Positions 1 to 10,303 of a stretch of 64,000 nt of DNA are shown piece after piece. The DNA is taken from NCBI GenBank assembly GCA_963729625.1, contig CAVSOU010000008.1:480001-544000 (forward strand), written 5' to 3'. Source of the stretch: an uncultured bacterium (GTDB lineage Bacteria; Chloroflexota; UBA5177; JANWHV01). Below the pieces are notes generated by a model. It saw only the letters and a program-made list of their open reading frames with translations, did not search any database and was not told the DNA's origin. The stretch's first letter is position 1. The number at the start of each line of letters is the position of its first letter. A program made the translations under genes and the position numbers.

Positions 1-1
1 G

Positions 2-574
2 GGTCTGCGTGGATACGAGCTGTTCGGCACCACGATCGGCATCGTTGGCCTGGGGCACATCGGCCGCCATATTGCCCATTTGGCTCGGGCCTTTGGCATG
101 CGTGTCGTTGGCGTGCGGCGTTCGGTTCATGCCGGAGAGACTGATACGGATGTCGATAGACTCTACCCGCCCGAGCAGCTCCGCGAAATGCTGAGCCAGT
201 GCGACCATGTGGTTATTGCCACACCCAGTACGCCCGAAACGCACCACCTGATCGGAGAAGGAGAACTTCGGGCTATGCGGCCAAATGCCTACGTCGTGAA
301 CATCGCTCGCGGCGATGTGATCGATGAAGACGCGCTTGTGCGTGCGCTGACGCAGCACTGGATCGGCGGGGCGGGGCTGGACGTCATGGAGCAGGAGCCG
401 CTGAGCCCGTCCTCGCCGCTGTGGTCGCTGCCCAATGTCTACCTTTCGCCCCATATCTCCGGCGCGACGCGGCGGTACGGTAGCCTGCTCATGGATCTGT
501 TCCTCGACAATCTTCGCCGCTATCAGGACGGTCAGCCGCTGCTCAACGTGCTGGACCCTCTGCGCGGATACTAA
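2..574 (+). CDS. D-2-hydroxyacid dehydrogenase (5' end outside window)
   Basis: Frame open from base 2: IGIVGLGHIG Rossmann motif, VNIARG, GAGLDV..EPL, SPHISG. Confidence 0.9.
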   Translation, partial: GLRGYELFGTTIGIVGLGHIGRHIAHLARAFGMRVVGVRRSVHAGETDTDVDRLYPPEQLREMLSQCDHVVIATPSTPETHHLIGEGELRAMRPNAYVVNIARGDVIDEDALVRALTQHWIGGAGLDVMEQEPLSPSSPLWSLPNVYLSPHISGATRRYGSLLMDLFLDNLRRYQDGQPLLNVLDPLRGY

Positions 575-795
575 TACTCTGGCTGAATGGCGTATACGCC
601 ACCTGGCGAGACTCCGGTCTTTAGGCCTGACAATTACCCGCATCTGTGGGCAGAGGCATGATGGTCTGTAGAGAAGAGCAGGCCATGGGTAAGGAGACAT
701 CGCTGAGCGCGCAGGCCCGGGCGCAGTAGGAATTCGGAATGATCGCGGTGGGCGACAAGCGGCGGCATTGGCGGCACGGCCGGATGAGAGTATCG

Positions 796-2016
796 ATGGT
801 ACAGACGGCAGGCCAGCGCTCGCATGCGGAAGACGCGCGACAGGTCCGCGCGCGGGCCGTCAAACAGATCGCGCGCGCCGCGGGTTTCGACGTAGTGGGG
901 ATCGCTGCCGCAACCCCCTTCGAGGATGCGCGCCGATTTCTACAGGACCGTATTGCAACCGGAGTCTTTTCCGGCCTGACCTGGTTCACGGCGGAGCGCG
1001 CAGGCGTGGCCGCGGATCCCAGCAACTTGCTTCCCGGCGTTCGATCGATCGTTGCCGTGGCGATATGCTACCGCACGATCGAGCCCGAAGCTGGCGGCGA
1101 CGACCAACCGCGTGGCCGGATCGCGCGCTATGCCTGGGCGCGGGACTACCACGCCCTGTTCACGAGTCGCATGGCCGAGGTAGTTGGCGCCATGCAGGAG
1201 CGTTACGGCGGCGGCGAATGCCGAACCCTGGTGGATACTGCCCGGATCGTGGATCGCGCGGCGGCACAACGCGCGGGGACGGGGTGGTATGGGAAAAACA
1301 CCAATATCATCAATCCCACCCTCGGCTCGTGGATCCTGCTGGGTGAGATCCTTACCTCGCTCGACCTGGAGCCCGACCAGCCGCTGCGCAAGCACTGTGG
1401 CACGTGCAGACGCTGCCTCGACGCCTGCCCAACGGGAGCCATCACTGGCCCCTACGAGCTGGACAACAACCGCTGTATCTCATACTTGACCATCGAGCAT
1501 CACGGGCCCATTCCGCGGGAGATGCGTCCACTGATCGGTGACTGGATATTCGGATGTGACATCTGCCAGGAAGTCTGCCCCCCGGCGATGAAGGGAGGGC
1601 TGGCAAATCACCCCAGCTTCCGAGCGCCGGATCTCGACGCGGCGCGGCCGCCGCTCATCCCGCTGCTGCGTATGAGTGCGGAAGAGTTCAGGACCCGGTT
1701 CGCCGGCAGCCCGATCAAGCGCGCAAAGCTCGAGGGACTGCAGCGGAACGTCGCGGTGGCCCTGGGCAACAGCGGCGACCGGCGGGCCGTGCCGGCGCTT
1801 GCCGAGGCGCTCGCCAGTGCAGCGACGCTCGTGCGCGGACACGCGGCCTGGGCCCTGGGCCGGCTGGGCGGGGATCAGGCGATGACCGCGCTACGGCACG
1901 CGCTCGACTCCGAAGGCGATACATGGGTGCGGGAGGAGATCGCGCTGGCACTGGAACGGCCTGTCTGCCCGGATCCGCATTCTATGCCAGCCAGCGGCGT
2001 GCGCTCGCCAGGTTGA
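796..2016 (+). CDS. queG: Epoxyqueuosine reductase
   Basis: IARYAWARDYH, GWYGKN, CGTCRRCLDACPT, CISYLTIE, FGCDICQEVCP, C-terminal HEAT repeats; start uncertain (784/796). Confidence 0.93.
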   Translation: MVQTAGQRSHAEDARQVRARAVKQIARAAGFDVVGIAAATPFEDARRFLQDRIATGVFSGLTWFTAERAGVAADPSNLLPGVRSIVAVAICYRTIEPEAGGDDQPRGRIARYAWARDYHALFTSRMAEVVGAMQERYGGGECRTLVDTARIVDRAAAQRAGTGWYGKNTNIINPTLGSWILLGEILTSLDLEPDQPLRKHCGTCRRCLDACPTGAITGPYELDNNRCISYLTIEHHGPIPREMRPLIGDWIFGCDICQEVCPPAMKGGLANHPSFRAPDLDAARPPLIPLLRMSAEEFRTRFAGSPIKRAKLEGLQRNVAVALGNSGDRRAVPALAEALASAATLVRGHAAWALGRLGGDQAMTALRHALDSEGDTWVREEIALALERPVCPDPHSMPASGVRSPG

Positions 2017-2144
2017 GCACCACAGCTTCGGCTGCGGCCTTGTCGGCGATGCGCGGGGGGCTGTCCTTCCTAGCCTGGATTATGCGGGAACGAGCAGCTG
2101 AGCCGCAGGGAGGCAGGTTTCAGGCTACGAACCGTTGAGCGTGG

Positions 2145-2173
2145 TTGATTGCTAGGGTTCGCTCCCTTATGGT
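2145..2173 (+). promoter_or_regulatory. Putative transposase promoter
   Basis: TTGATT-17 bp-TATGGT, 40 bp upstream of the ATG. Confidence 0.5.
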
Positions 2174-2212
2174 CAAGTTCTTAGACGACGACCAACGAGC
2201 GGAGCGAACCCT

Positions 2213-3565
2213 ATGGCTACTCAGTCTGCCACACAGCGCTATCACTTTGCCACCCAGACCGGGTTGGCGCTCGAGGCCCTCTTTGATGGTGGCCGCCTGA
2301 CCAGCGATGGCGGCCTGCCCTGGCTCGCCAAGGCCGACGCGGTGTTGGGACTGTGTGCCGGGCTGGCAGCGAGCCTGCCGGAGCGCCGCCAGCGGCACAT
2401 CCGCTACTCCCTGGAGGGTCTGGTCCGCCAGCGCGTGTTCCAGATTGCCTGCGGGTACGAGGACCAGAACGATGCCAACACCCTGCGCCACGACCCCCTG
2501 CTCAAGATGGTCTGCGGGCGTCTGCCGGAGAGTGGTCCTGCGCTGGCCGGCCAGTCCACCTTCAGCCGCCTGGAGAACAGCGTGGACCGGCAAGCCTGTC
2601 GCCACCTGGCCCACGCCCTCCTGGAGGTGTACCTGGTGGCGAGGGAACAGGACGGCGTGCCTCGGCACATTCTGCTGGACATCGACAGCACGGATGACCC
2701 CACGCACGGGCACCAGGAAGGGGCGGCGTACCACGGGTACTACCGCCAGCACCAGTACTACCCGCTGCTCGTCTTCGATGGCGAGACCGACCAGCTGATC
2801 ACCGCCATCCTGCGCCCGGGCACGGTGCACGGCAGCCGCGGGGTGATTACGGTGCTGCGCGTGCTAGTCCGGGCCTTTCGGCAGCGCTGGCCCGGCGTGC
2901 AGATCGAGATCCGCGCTGACGCAGCGGGCGCCACGCCCCGAATCTACCAGTTCTGCGAGCGCCACCATATCACCTACACCCTGGGTCTGGGCACCAATGC
3001 CCGCCTGGCAGCCCTGGCCGCGCCCCTGCTGGCGCAGGCCCAGGCCCAGCGCGAGGCCACCGCCGCGGAGAAGGTCCGCCTGTGCGGCGAGACCACCTAC
3101 CAGGCCGAGAGTTGGGACCGCGCACGGCGCGTGGTCTACAAGACCGAAGCCCTGGCCAAGGGGCCCAATGTCCGCTTCGTCGTCACCAGCCGCACCGACG
3201 CGCCGACAGACCTCTACGATTGGTATGTCGATCGGGGCACCCCGGAACTGTGGATCAAGGACATCAAGCTCGCCTGCTTCGCCGACCGCCTGAGCGACCA
3301 TCGCTTCTGGGCCAACCAGTGCCGCCTCATCCTGCACGCCACCGCCTATTGGCTCCTCGATACCCTCCGACGCTGGCTGACTGCCCGCGGCCTGCCCCGT
3401 CTGCAGCTCGATACCCTGCGGCTCCAGCTCATCAAGATCGGCGGCCGGGTGCGGGAAGGGCTGCACCGCATCCGCCTGCACCTGGCCAGCAGCCATCCTG
3501 GTCAGGCCCTCTGGAGCCTGCTCGGTGCGCAGCCGCCCGGCCACGCGCCGCCGTTCCTCCGCTAA
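2213..3565 (+). CDS. IS1380-family DDE transposase
   Basis: FDGGRLTSDGG, GYEDQND, LDIDSTDDPTHGHQ, YYPLLVF, IRADA, RGTPELWIKDIK motifs. Confidence 0.95.
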   Translation: MATQSATQRYHFATQTGLALEALFDGGRLTSDGGLPWLAKADAVLGLCAGLAASLPERRQRHIRYSLEGLVRQRVFQIACGYEDQNDANTLRHDPLLKMVCGRLPESGPALAGQSTFSRLENSVDRQACRHLAHALLEVYLVAREQDGVPRHILLDIDSTDDPTHGHQEGAAYHGYYRQHQYYPLLVFDGETDQLITAILRPGTVHGSRGVITVLRVLVRAFRQRWPGVQIEIRADAAGATPRIYQFCERHHITYTLGLGTNARLAALAAPLLAQAQAQREATAAEKVRLCGETTYQAESWDRARRVVYKTEALAKGPNVRFVVTSRTDAPTDLYDWYVDRGTPELWIKDIKLACFADRLSDHRFWANQCRLILHATAYWLLDTLRRWLTARGLPRLQLDTLRLQLIKIGGRVREGLHRIRLHLASSHPGQALWSLLGAQPPGHAPPFLR

Positions 3566-3821
3566 TCCGTCCCGCTGCTGCCGATCGCTGCCGACACCGC
3601 GACTGTCCCTGTCGCGGTACGACCCCTCACGCCGTCCTCCCCGCGCCAACTGCCCCACCAGCGAGCCCAGCCACGCACCGCTGGACGCACGCTGGATCCT
3701 GCCGCCGCACCAGGCCCCCTCTGCATGCCGGCGCACATTACCTCGACGCGATGCGGGCCGCGACGAGCCTCCCCTCAACCTTGCTTAGCTCGCTTCCTTC
3801 AGGGGTCCCGCATAATCCAGG

Positions 3822-4277
3822 CTAGCGCGGCTCCCATGGAGGAATGGGCTCGTGCGCGATGAAGGAGCGCTGCTCGAAGCGCTCCACCTGTTCGCGAAAC
3901 GTGTTGCCAATAGGAGCCACCCGCCCGGTCTGGTGATCGAACACCGTCTGCACGGTGCGCCCTTCGGCAATCAACCTGCCGCCGCTGCATATGCGGTACT
4001 CATAGGCAAAGCTGCTGCGGCGCATGTGGCTCACGCGCACCCCTACATGCAGGAGGTCGCCCAGCAGGGCGGGCGAGCGGTAGCGACAGATAGCCTCGAC
4101 GATGACCACCTTGATGTCGTCGATAGTCACCGGCTTGCCGGAGACGGTGTGCAAGTACTTGATGCGGGCGATCTCGAAGTAGGTGAAGTAGCTGACGTTG
4201 TTCACGTGACCGAAGGCGTCGAGATCGCTGAAACGCACCTCGATAGGAACGATCAGCTTGAACGGATCGTGTTCCAT
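3822..4277 (-). CDS. Acyl-CoA thioesterase (4HBT/YbgC hot-dog fold)
   Basis: VRFSDLDAFGHVNNVSYFTYFEIAR motif. Confidence 0.9.
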   Translation of the reverse strand: MEHDPFKLIVPIEVRFSDLDAFGHVNNVSYFTYFEIARIKYLHTVSGKPVTIDDIKVVIVEAICRYRSPALLGDLLHVGVRVSHMRRSSFAYEYRICSGGRLIAEGRTVQTVFDHQTGRVAPIGNTFREQVERFEQRSFIAHEPIPPWEPR

Positions 4278-4287
4278 GCTCGTCAGG

Positions 4288-6762
4288 TCATTTCAGGCGT
4301 AGCAAGAACACGCCGTCCGTCGAGGCAGCGTAGAGTATCTCTGCCGGACCCGGGCGTAGTACCAGGTTGAAAATCGTGCTGGGCATGTGCGTGCCCAGTG
4401 GCGCCCAGCTCGTTCCTCCGTCGACGGTGCCGTAGATACCGCCGCCGCCCGTGCCCAGATACATACGACCAAGCGCGCGATGCTCGGGAAGCAGCGCGTT
4501 AACGGCCACGGTTCCTGGAATGCCGACGGGCTGCGACCAGCGGCCCGTGGTCGAAGCTGCTATCCAGGCGCCGCTTCCCGCGCCGGCGACCAGCCGGGAG
4601 ACCGGCCCATCGAGCCAGGCGAGAGCCGCCACGCCGCCTCCTGCCGCCGGGGCTCCGCCTGCGGCATGCCACGTGCCGGCATCGGTGCCGCCGCTGTAGA
4701 TGCGCCAGGATCCGCGCTCCGTGCCTGCCAGAAACTGTCCATCGCGCGGCGACCAGTAGACGGTGGCAATTCCGTCGTTGCCGCCAGCCATCACCAGATG
4801 CCAGTGGCGGCCATCGTCGGTGCTGCGAAAGATGCCGTCGTCGCCGGCGGTGACCAGAACACGGCCGTGTTGCACCAGAGCCCGCAAGGGGTGGTGGCCG
4901 AATGGGCGAATGAGCGCACCCCAGTGACGGCCCGAGTCGGACGTGCGGTACAAATGCCCGTCTCCAGCAGCGGCAAGCAGGACGTGACCGGCATCCAGCG
5001 AGAGCAGGTTATAGATGGCCAGCTTGTTGAGAGTCGTGCCTGCGTGGAGCCATGTCTGCTGATCGTCCGTGCTCAGCCACACACCCGAACTGGTGCCCGC
5101 CCAGAGCGTATGGCGGTTTCCAGGCTGGAACAGCAGACGATACACCACGACGCCGCGCAGGCCGGCGGGCTCCCACGTGCCGCCAGGGACTGCCAGGGTC
5201 GACGCGGCCACCGGCGACAACGCGGCGGCGATCGGAGGAGCATCGGACCACAGTGCAGCAGTCGCACCGAGCACCAGCACCCCAATCATAGCGTTGGCGC
5301 GGAAAATACTGCCCAACCGATCGAGCGCGGCCAGCGATTCCACGCGCTGCCGCTGTGCCCAGACGCGCTCGACGTAGCCGCGCTGGATCACCAGGTTGTA
5401 GCTGCTCAGCGCGAGCGCGACGACAACGAGGAGTAGCTTGACGAGGAGTGTGTCGCCGTATGCATTGCCGGTGAGGTCGGTTCGCATGCCAACCTGTGCC
5501 TGCGCGGCGAATAGACCGGTGGCGGTCAGGGTGGCGATACCAGCGCCGGTAAGCACGGCATGGCGGCGCGTCAGGCCGAGAAGCAACGGTGCGCGGTGGT
5601 CGAGGTCGACGGTATCCAATACCGGCAGGGCCACGGCGGCGATGTAGAGCATCGACCCGATCCAGGCAGCCGCACCCGCGTTGTGGAGCCAGGACAGCAC
5701 GATCGCGGATAGCGTGATCGTGGGTACCGCCGCGGCATGGCTTCCGGCTGCCAGCAGAAACAGGAAGATCATGGAAAGTACGAGCTGTCCCCCCCGCGGC
5801 GATCCGTTTGCCTGCGGTTGCGCGACGCTGGCGCGAACAGAACGCACCACCGCGTCCGTGCTGACGGACGCCTGCCGTGCGGGTCGGGGAGCGCCCGAGG
5901 ATACTCGCCCGATCTGGATTGCGCCCAGCAGCACGAGCAACGCAGCCCCACGCGTGAGGCCGAGATGGCCGCTGAAGAGACCGGTCACGCTGCCGTTGAG
6001 CGATACTCTGCCTGCGGTCAACAGTTCCGCCGCAGCCAGCAGCCAGCTGAGCACGAGCAGCACAATCAGCAGGCGCGGAAGCAACGAACGGATGCCGTTC
6101 ACGCGCGGCCCGATGGCGGGCAGCCAGGCCTCTTCCCGCGAAATGGCGGCTTGCGCAGACGATCCGCCCAGAGAAGACTCCAGGAAGGCGCCTCCAGCCC
6201 AGGCCAGGGCTACGAGCAGCAGGAGCCAGCGGATAAGCGAGGAAAGGAATGTGACCAGGCGCAGTGTGGTGGCGTGGCGCGCATCCACGCGTGCGGTGAG
6301 GTCTCCCGGTGCGGAGGTGTAGCCGACGGCAAAGTCAAAGGCGCCCACGACCACGCGGCCGTCTGCAGCCGAAACCGAGCTCCAGTAGACTTTGTAGGTA
6401 CCGCCGACACGCGCGCTCAGCCGCACCGTCAGCGACTGTGCATTTGGCGTCTGCACGGGCGCTCCGGTGGTCGCGGCGCCGCCGTCGGGACCGCTGACCC
6501 GTACATCCGATTGGCTGGCGATCAGATCCGTGCTGAACGTCAGGCGGAGGGATGTGGGCATTGTGGGAAGCAAGCTGCCTGGAGCGATGCTGGAGCTTAC
6601 TGCAACGGCCTGCGCGTGCGCACTTTGAGGAGTACCGGCGACAAGCAGCGCGAGCAATGCCACCATCAGGACGATCACGGCGCGGGCGCGAGGGGTCGAC
6701 CCTCTACCGCGGCAGCGCGACGCCGCAACCTGCGCGAGTCGAGCCCTTCTCAGAGGCACCAT
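4288..6762 (-). CDS. CopC-like / CopD / Asp-box beta-propeller fusion membrane protein
   Basis: Signal peptide, CopC-like Ig domain (LRLTFS..GTYKVYWSSVSAADG), about 8 TM helices with GSHAAA and LH..AAAWIG, then repeated S.D.G..W Asp-boxes. Confidence 0.75.
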   Translation of the reverse strand: MVPLRRARLAQVAASRCRGRGSTPRARAVIVLMVALLALLVAGTPQSAHAQAVAVSSSIAPGSLLPTMPTSLRLTFSTDLIASQSDVRVSGPDGGAATTGAPVQTPNAQSLTVRLSARVGGTYKVYWSSVSAADGRVVVGAFDFAVGYTSAPGDLTARVDARHATTLRLVTFLSSLIRWLLLLVALAWAGGAFLESSLGGSSAQAAISREEAWLPAIGPRVNGIRSLLPRLLIVLLVLSWLLAAAELLTAGRVSLNGSVTGLFSGHLGLTRGAALLVLLGAIQIGRVSSGAPRPARQASVSTDAVVRSVRASVAQPQANGSPRGGQLVLSMIFLFLLAAGSHAAAVPTITLSAIVLSWLHNAGAAAWIGSMLYIAAVALPVLDTVDLDHRAPLLLGLTRRHAVLTGAGIATLTATGLFAAQAQVGMRTDLTGNAYGDTLLVKLLLVVVALALSSYNLVIQRGYVERVWAQRQRVESLAALDRLGSIFRANAMIGVLVLGATAALWSDAPPIAAALSPVAASTLAVPGGTWEPAGLRGVVVYRLLFQPGNRHTLWAGTSSGVWLSTDDQQTWLHAGTTLNKLAIYNLLSLDAGHVLLAAAGDGHLYRTSDSGRHWGALIRPFGHHPLRALVQHGRVLVTAGDDGIFRSTDDGRHWHLVMAGGNDGIATVYWSPRDGQFLAGTERGSWRIYSGGTDAGTWHAAGGAPAAGGGVAALAWLDGPVSRLVAGAGSGAWIAASTTGRWSQPVGIPGTVAVNALLPEHRALGRMYLGTGGGGIYGTVDGGTSWAPLGTHMPSTIFNLVLRPGPAEILYAASTDGVFLLRLK

Positions 6763-6799
6763 ATCCTCCCATGTTGGCGACCCGAGCCAGAGATGTCGT

Positions 6800-8701
6800 T
6801 CAGGATCCTGCACTGAGTGTGAAGCTTGCAGGCACCGTAGTCAACGGTGCCGCCGGCGAGACTGTCACCACTACGTTGCGAGCGCCGGCTGGGATGGTCA
6901 GACTACCGCGGCCGTCGCTCCCTACTTCCATGCGTGTGACGGTGTCCACGGCGGTCGTTCGGTAGACGATGGCTTGAACGATCCAGTGCTCTGCCTCGAT
7001 GTTACCCGTACGCAGCCAGCCCGCGGGCTGCCAGCCTGCGAGCGTGGAATCGCCGTCAAATCCGATTTCGGGCACCTGGATATGCGCGATGGCCATGCCT
7101 TGCGCATTGTACTCGTCGTCGGTCACCTGCTCGAAGCGCACCAAGATAGCTTTGCCGGCGTAAGGAGAGAGATCGACCTGCTCTTGCAACCAGCAATGCT
7201 GCGCGGGCAGCGCGCGTGAGCAACTTGATCCCGTATAGCCGCTGCCGAGGTTGGCGCCGTTGGGATTGGTATTTGTCGTGTACGGGGTGCTCTGCGCGTA
7301 CCACGTCGTGCCGCCGTCCACGGATACTTCGACATACCCATAGTCGTAATCAGGCTCAGTGTCGTACCACAGCCGGTAGTGGAGTGTCGCGTGCCTTACC
7401 GCTCGCAGGTCGAGCGGCGGCAGCGTCAGCGTCGTGTCCACGCTGTCGCCTCGATTGCTCCACCAGAACGCCTGTGGCGCCACGGTGTCGAGCAAGGAGA
7501 CAGTAGGTTGGCCGGCAAAGTGGAGGGTGAGGGAGGAGCCGGTTGTCGGTGCGACCGCTGTGTAAGAAACCGAATACTGGGGCAGCGCCACGGTACGCGA
7601 AAATGGCGCGGTCACGGAGGTATCGGTACTGGCCCGGACACTGGTATGTGTGTAGCCATATTTGCCTCCGGCGATCTTCGTGTCGTTGACGTAGTTGGCG
7701 ACCACCCAATCGGCGAATACGTCGTCCGCACTCTGCTTATACCCGAGCTTGGCCAGCACATCGTCAAACACCACCATGTTGCTGTAATTGTGGTCCGTCA
7801 ATTCTGCTCTGGTAAAGCGAGATCCGCCATAGTGCTCGTAGAGGTAGAGCATCCACAGGAAACCGCCGCCATAGTACTGGCTGTTGATGATCGGCGCCCA
7901 GCGATTGAGCTGCGCGTTAGGCGCGCCGGCCTTGGCGGCGGCAAATCCTTCATCGCCATAGCCGTTCAGCTCCTCCGCAAGCACCGAGTCGCCTTCGTTG
8001 ATCCAGGCTTCGTCGGCAGGATGCAGGTTGAAGTGGATCATGTGCTGCAATTCATGGGCGAGCACGCTATTGTAGCGAGAAGCCCCCGGTGTCACTGCCG
8101 AGAGATTCATGTAGATCATCTTCCGCTCGTTGCTGAACTGATTCACGACATGCGGGAAGAGGTCTTCGCCGGAGAAATAGCCTTCCAGTCTGGGCGACAG
8201 ATAACCATTGAAGATCGTGATGTGCCGATCGTCATCCACGCCGGGCGACCACTCAGGACCGAAGAGCGCGCGGTCCGTTGGATATGAACCGTGCTCGAAC
8301 ACAGCAGCCGACCGGGCAAGCGCCTGCATGTCGACCTTAAGCCCCTGCTGAACATAGAAGTACGCGTGCGCGGTCTTCAACGCCAGTGTGGCCGCCGCCG
8401 TGACGTAGCCATTCTCCGCATTGTTGAGGATGTAGAAGCTGGTCGTCGTGCCTGCCGGATAGTCGGTAGGCACGTGGTTCACATAGGGATCTATAGGAGT
8501 AGTCGTATGCAGCTTGAGGCGTTCGGTGAGTGCGTAGAGGTCGCGAGGCGGCCTGAGCGTGGTGGTGAGCAGGCTGTCGAGCGCTTGCGGGCTCGGCGCC
8601 GCGAAGATAGCTGGGCCGGCGTGCGCGTCCGCCCCCGGCAGGAAGCCCGCGACGAGCATAGAGACGGCAAGGGCAATTCGAATGGAAATGCGGCGGCCCA
8701 T
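6800..8701 (-). CDS. Secreted zinc metallopeptidase (M6/M30-like, immune inhibitor A-type C-terminal domain)
   Basis: Signal peptide from ATG 8701; HELQH...WINEG; WYDTEPDYDYGYVEVSVDGG. Confidence 0.8.
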   Translation of the reverse strand: MGRRISIRIALAVSMLVAGFLPGADAHAGPAIFAAPSPQALDSLLTTTLRPPRDLYALTERLKLHTTTPIDPYVNHVPTDYPAGTTTSFYILNNAENGYVTAAATLALKTAHAYFYVQQGLKVDMQALARSAAVFEHGSYPTDRALFGPEWSPGVDDDRHITIFNGYLSPRLEGYFSGEDLFPHVVNQFSNERKMIYMNLSAVTPGASRYNSVLAHELQHMIHFNLHPADEAWINEGDSVLAEELNGYGDEGFAAAKAGAPNAQLNRWAPIINSQYYGGGFLWMLYLYEHYGGSRFTRAELTDHNYSNMVVFDDVLAKLGYKQSADDVFADWVVANYVNDTKIAGGKYGYTHTSVRASTDTSVTAPFSRTVALPQYSVSYTAVAPTTGSSLTLHFAGQPTVSLLDTVAPQAFWWSNRGDSVDTTLTLPPLDLRAVRHATLHYRLWYDTEPDYDYGYVEVSVDGGTTWYAQSTPYTTNTNPNGANLGSGYTGSSCSRALPAQHCWLQEQVDLSPYAGKAILVRFEQVTDDEYNAQGMAIAHIQVPEIGFDGDSTLAGWQPAGWLRTGNIEAEHWIVQAIVYRTTAVDTVTRMEVGSDGRGSLTIPAGARNVVVTVSPAAPLTTVPASFTLSAGS

Positions 8702-8965
8702 GTGCGTGGAGAATGTTCCTTCAACGCTCGTATAGGGTACAGGCAAATCGACTGTCGCGCAGCATATCGTTGATGGGAAATGTACCAGGTTGCAGCCCCT
8801 GGGCCGCAGGGGCGAAGGTCCCTTGGCACAAGTCAGCACGGTTTCGTAGCTCGCCTCAGGCATACCGCAGGTATCATGATGAAGTGGCGACGGCTGGGCC
8901 GCGCTGGCCCTCATGAGGGACCGTCCGGCGACTGATAAGGCTCGCGCATCTAAGAGGGAGCGGAG

Positions 8966-10303
8966 ATGATTAACACATCGATATTTAAGGCGTACGACGT
9001 TCGAGGCGTCTATCCGGACGAGCTCAGCGGCGAGGACGCGCACGCCATCGGCAGTGCTACCGTCGCCCACCTTGGCGCGACGCGTGTCGCCGTCGCCCGT
9101 GACATGCGCCGGTCGGGCCCGGAGCTGGCGGCGGAGCTCATTCACGGCATGGTGGAGCAAGGCGCCGAGGTGATCGATCTTGGCCTGTGTAGCACCGATG
9201 AGCTGTATTTTGCCGTTGGGAAGTTCGGTTATCAGGCAGGTGTCATGGTCTCCGCCTCACACAACCCTGCCAAGTACAACGGATTCAAATTCTGCCGCGA
9301 AAACGCCATATCCATCAGCTCCGAGACAGGGCTGGACGCAATTCGCGACCTGGCATTGAAAGGCCCCCTGCCGCCGAAGCCCAACCAGGGATCTGTGCAC
9401 ACGCGTGACGTCCTGGCGGACTTCGCGCAGCATGTGCTGAGTTTCATCGACCGATCGGCTATCCGGCCGCTTCGCCTGTGTATTGACGCGGGCAACGGCA
9501 TGGGGGGGTTGATCGTGCCCGAGGTGTTCAAGTACCTGCCGTGCGAGGTCACGCCGCTCTTCTTCGACCTGGATGGAAGCTTCCCCAACCACCAGGCGAG
9601 CCCGATCGAGCCCGAGAACATGGTGGACGTGCAGCGCGCCGTGCGTGAGACGCATGCCGACCTGGGCGTGGCCTTCGACGGCGATGCCGACCGCATGTTC
9701 ATTACCGACGAGCAAGGCGAGCTTGTGGGCGGCGATATGGTAACGGCCCTGGTGGCCAAGGCCCTGCTGGCTCGAAACCCGGGGGCTACCATTCTGTATA
9801 ATCTCATCTGCTCGCGCAGCGTGCCAGAGGTCATTACCGCCGCCGGCGGCAAGGCCATCAGGACACGCGTCGGCCACTCGTTCATCAAGGCGCAGATGCG
9901 CGAGACCAACGCCATTTTCGGCGGCGAGCATTCCGGCCACTTCTATTTCCGCGATAACTGGTTTGCCGATTCCGGCATGATCGCCCTGCTCACCGTTCTG
10001 GAGCTGGTCTCCCGTGAGGCCAAGCCCGTGAGCGAGTTGATCCGCGCCATCAGCACCCGGGTGCGCAGTGGCGAAATCAATTCCCGTGTCGACGACGTGG
10101 AGGGCCGGCTGAAGCTCGTCGCCGAGCATTTCGCGAGCGGCGAGCGAGATTGGCTCGACGGGCTGACCGTGCAGCATAAGGATTGGTGGTTCAACGTGCG
10201 GCCGTCGAACACCGAGCCGCTGTTGCGTCTCAACGTCGAAGGCGACACGCGGGCGGCGATGGAGAAAGGCCGCGACGACGTGCTGGCGGTCATACGGGGA
10301 TGA
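8966..10303 (+). CDS. Phosphomannomutase/phosphoglucomutase
   Basis: IFKAYDVRG, SASHNP, FDGDADR, GGEHSGH, RPSNTEP. Confidence 0.95.
   Translation: MINTSIFKAYDVRGVYPDELSGEDAHAIGSATVAHLGATRVAVARDMRRSGPELAAELIHGMVEQGAEVIDLGLCSTDELYFAVGKFGYQAGVMVSASHNPAKYNGFKFCRENAISISSETGLDAIRDLALKGPLPPKPNQGSVHTRDVLADFAQHVLSFIDRSAIRPLRLCIDAGNGMGGLIVPEVFKYLPCEVTPLFFDLDGSFPNHQASPIEPENMVDVQRAVRETHADLGVAFDGDADRMFITDEQGELVGGDMVTALVAKALLARNPGATILYNLICSRSVPEVITAAGGKAIRTRVGHSFIKAQMRETNAIFGGEHSGHFYFRDNWFADSGMIALLTVLELVSREAKPVSELIRAISTRVRSGEINSRVDDVEGRLKLVAEHFASGERDWLDGLTVQHKDWWFNVRPSNTEPLLRLNVEGDTRAAMEKGRDDVLAVIRG

Larger units (their letters stand above)
2074..3821 (+). mobile_element. IS1380-family insertion sequence, copy 1 (1748 bp)
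   Basis: 16-bp terminal inverted repeats CCTGGATTATGCGGGA / TCCCGCATAATCCAGG; CTAG direct repeat at 2070-2073 and 3822-3825; near-identical copy at 43446-45193. Confidence 0.95.

Noticed and set aside
3781-3821. ISEcp1-like outward promoter at the IS right end
   Set aside because: CATAAT is present in the terminal repeat but no -35 hexamer lies at 16-18 bp spacing
3082-3825. 247-aa and 304-aa alternative-frame ORFs inside the IS
   Set aside because: Pro/Arg-rich shadow frames of the GC-rich transposase; identity between copies reflects recent duplication only
8702-9160. N-terminal extension of the 786-aa peptidase ORF
   Set aside because: Overlaps the divergent phosphomutase gene; a signal peptide begins at 8701
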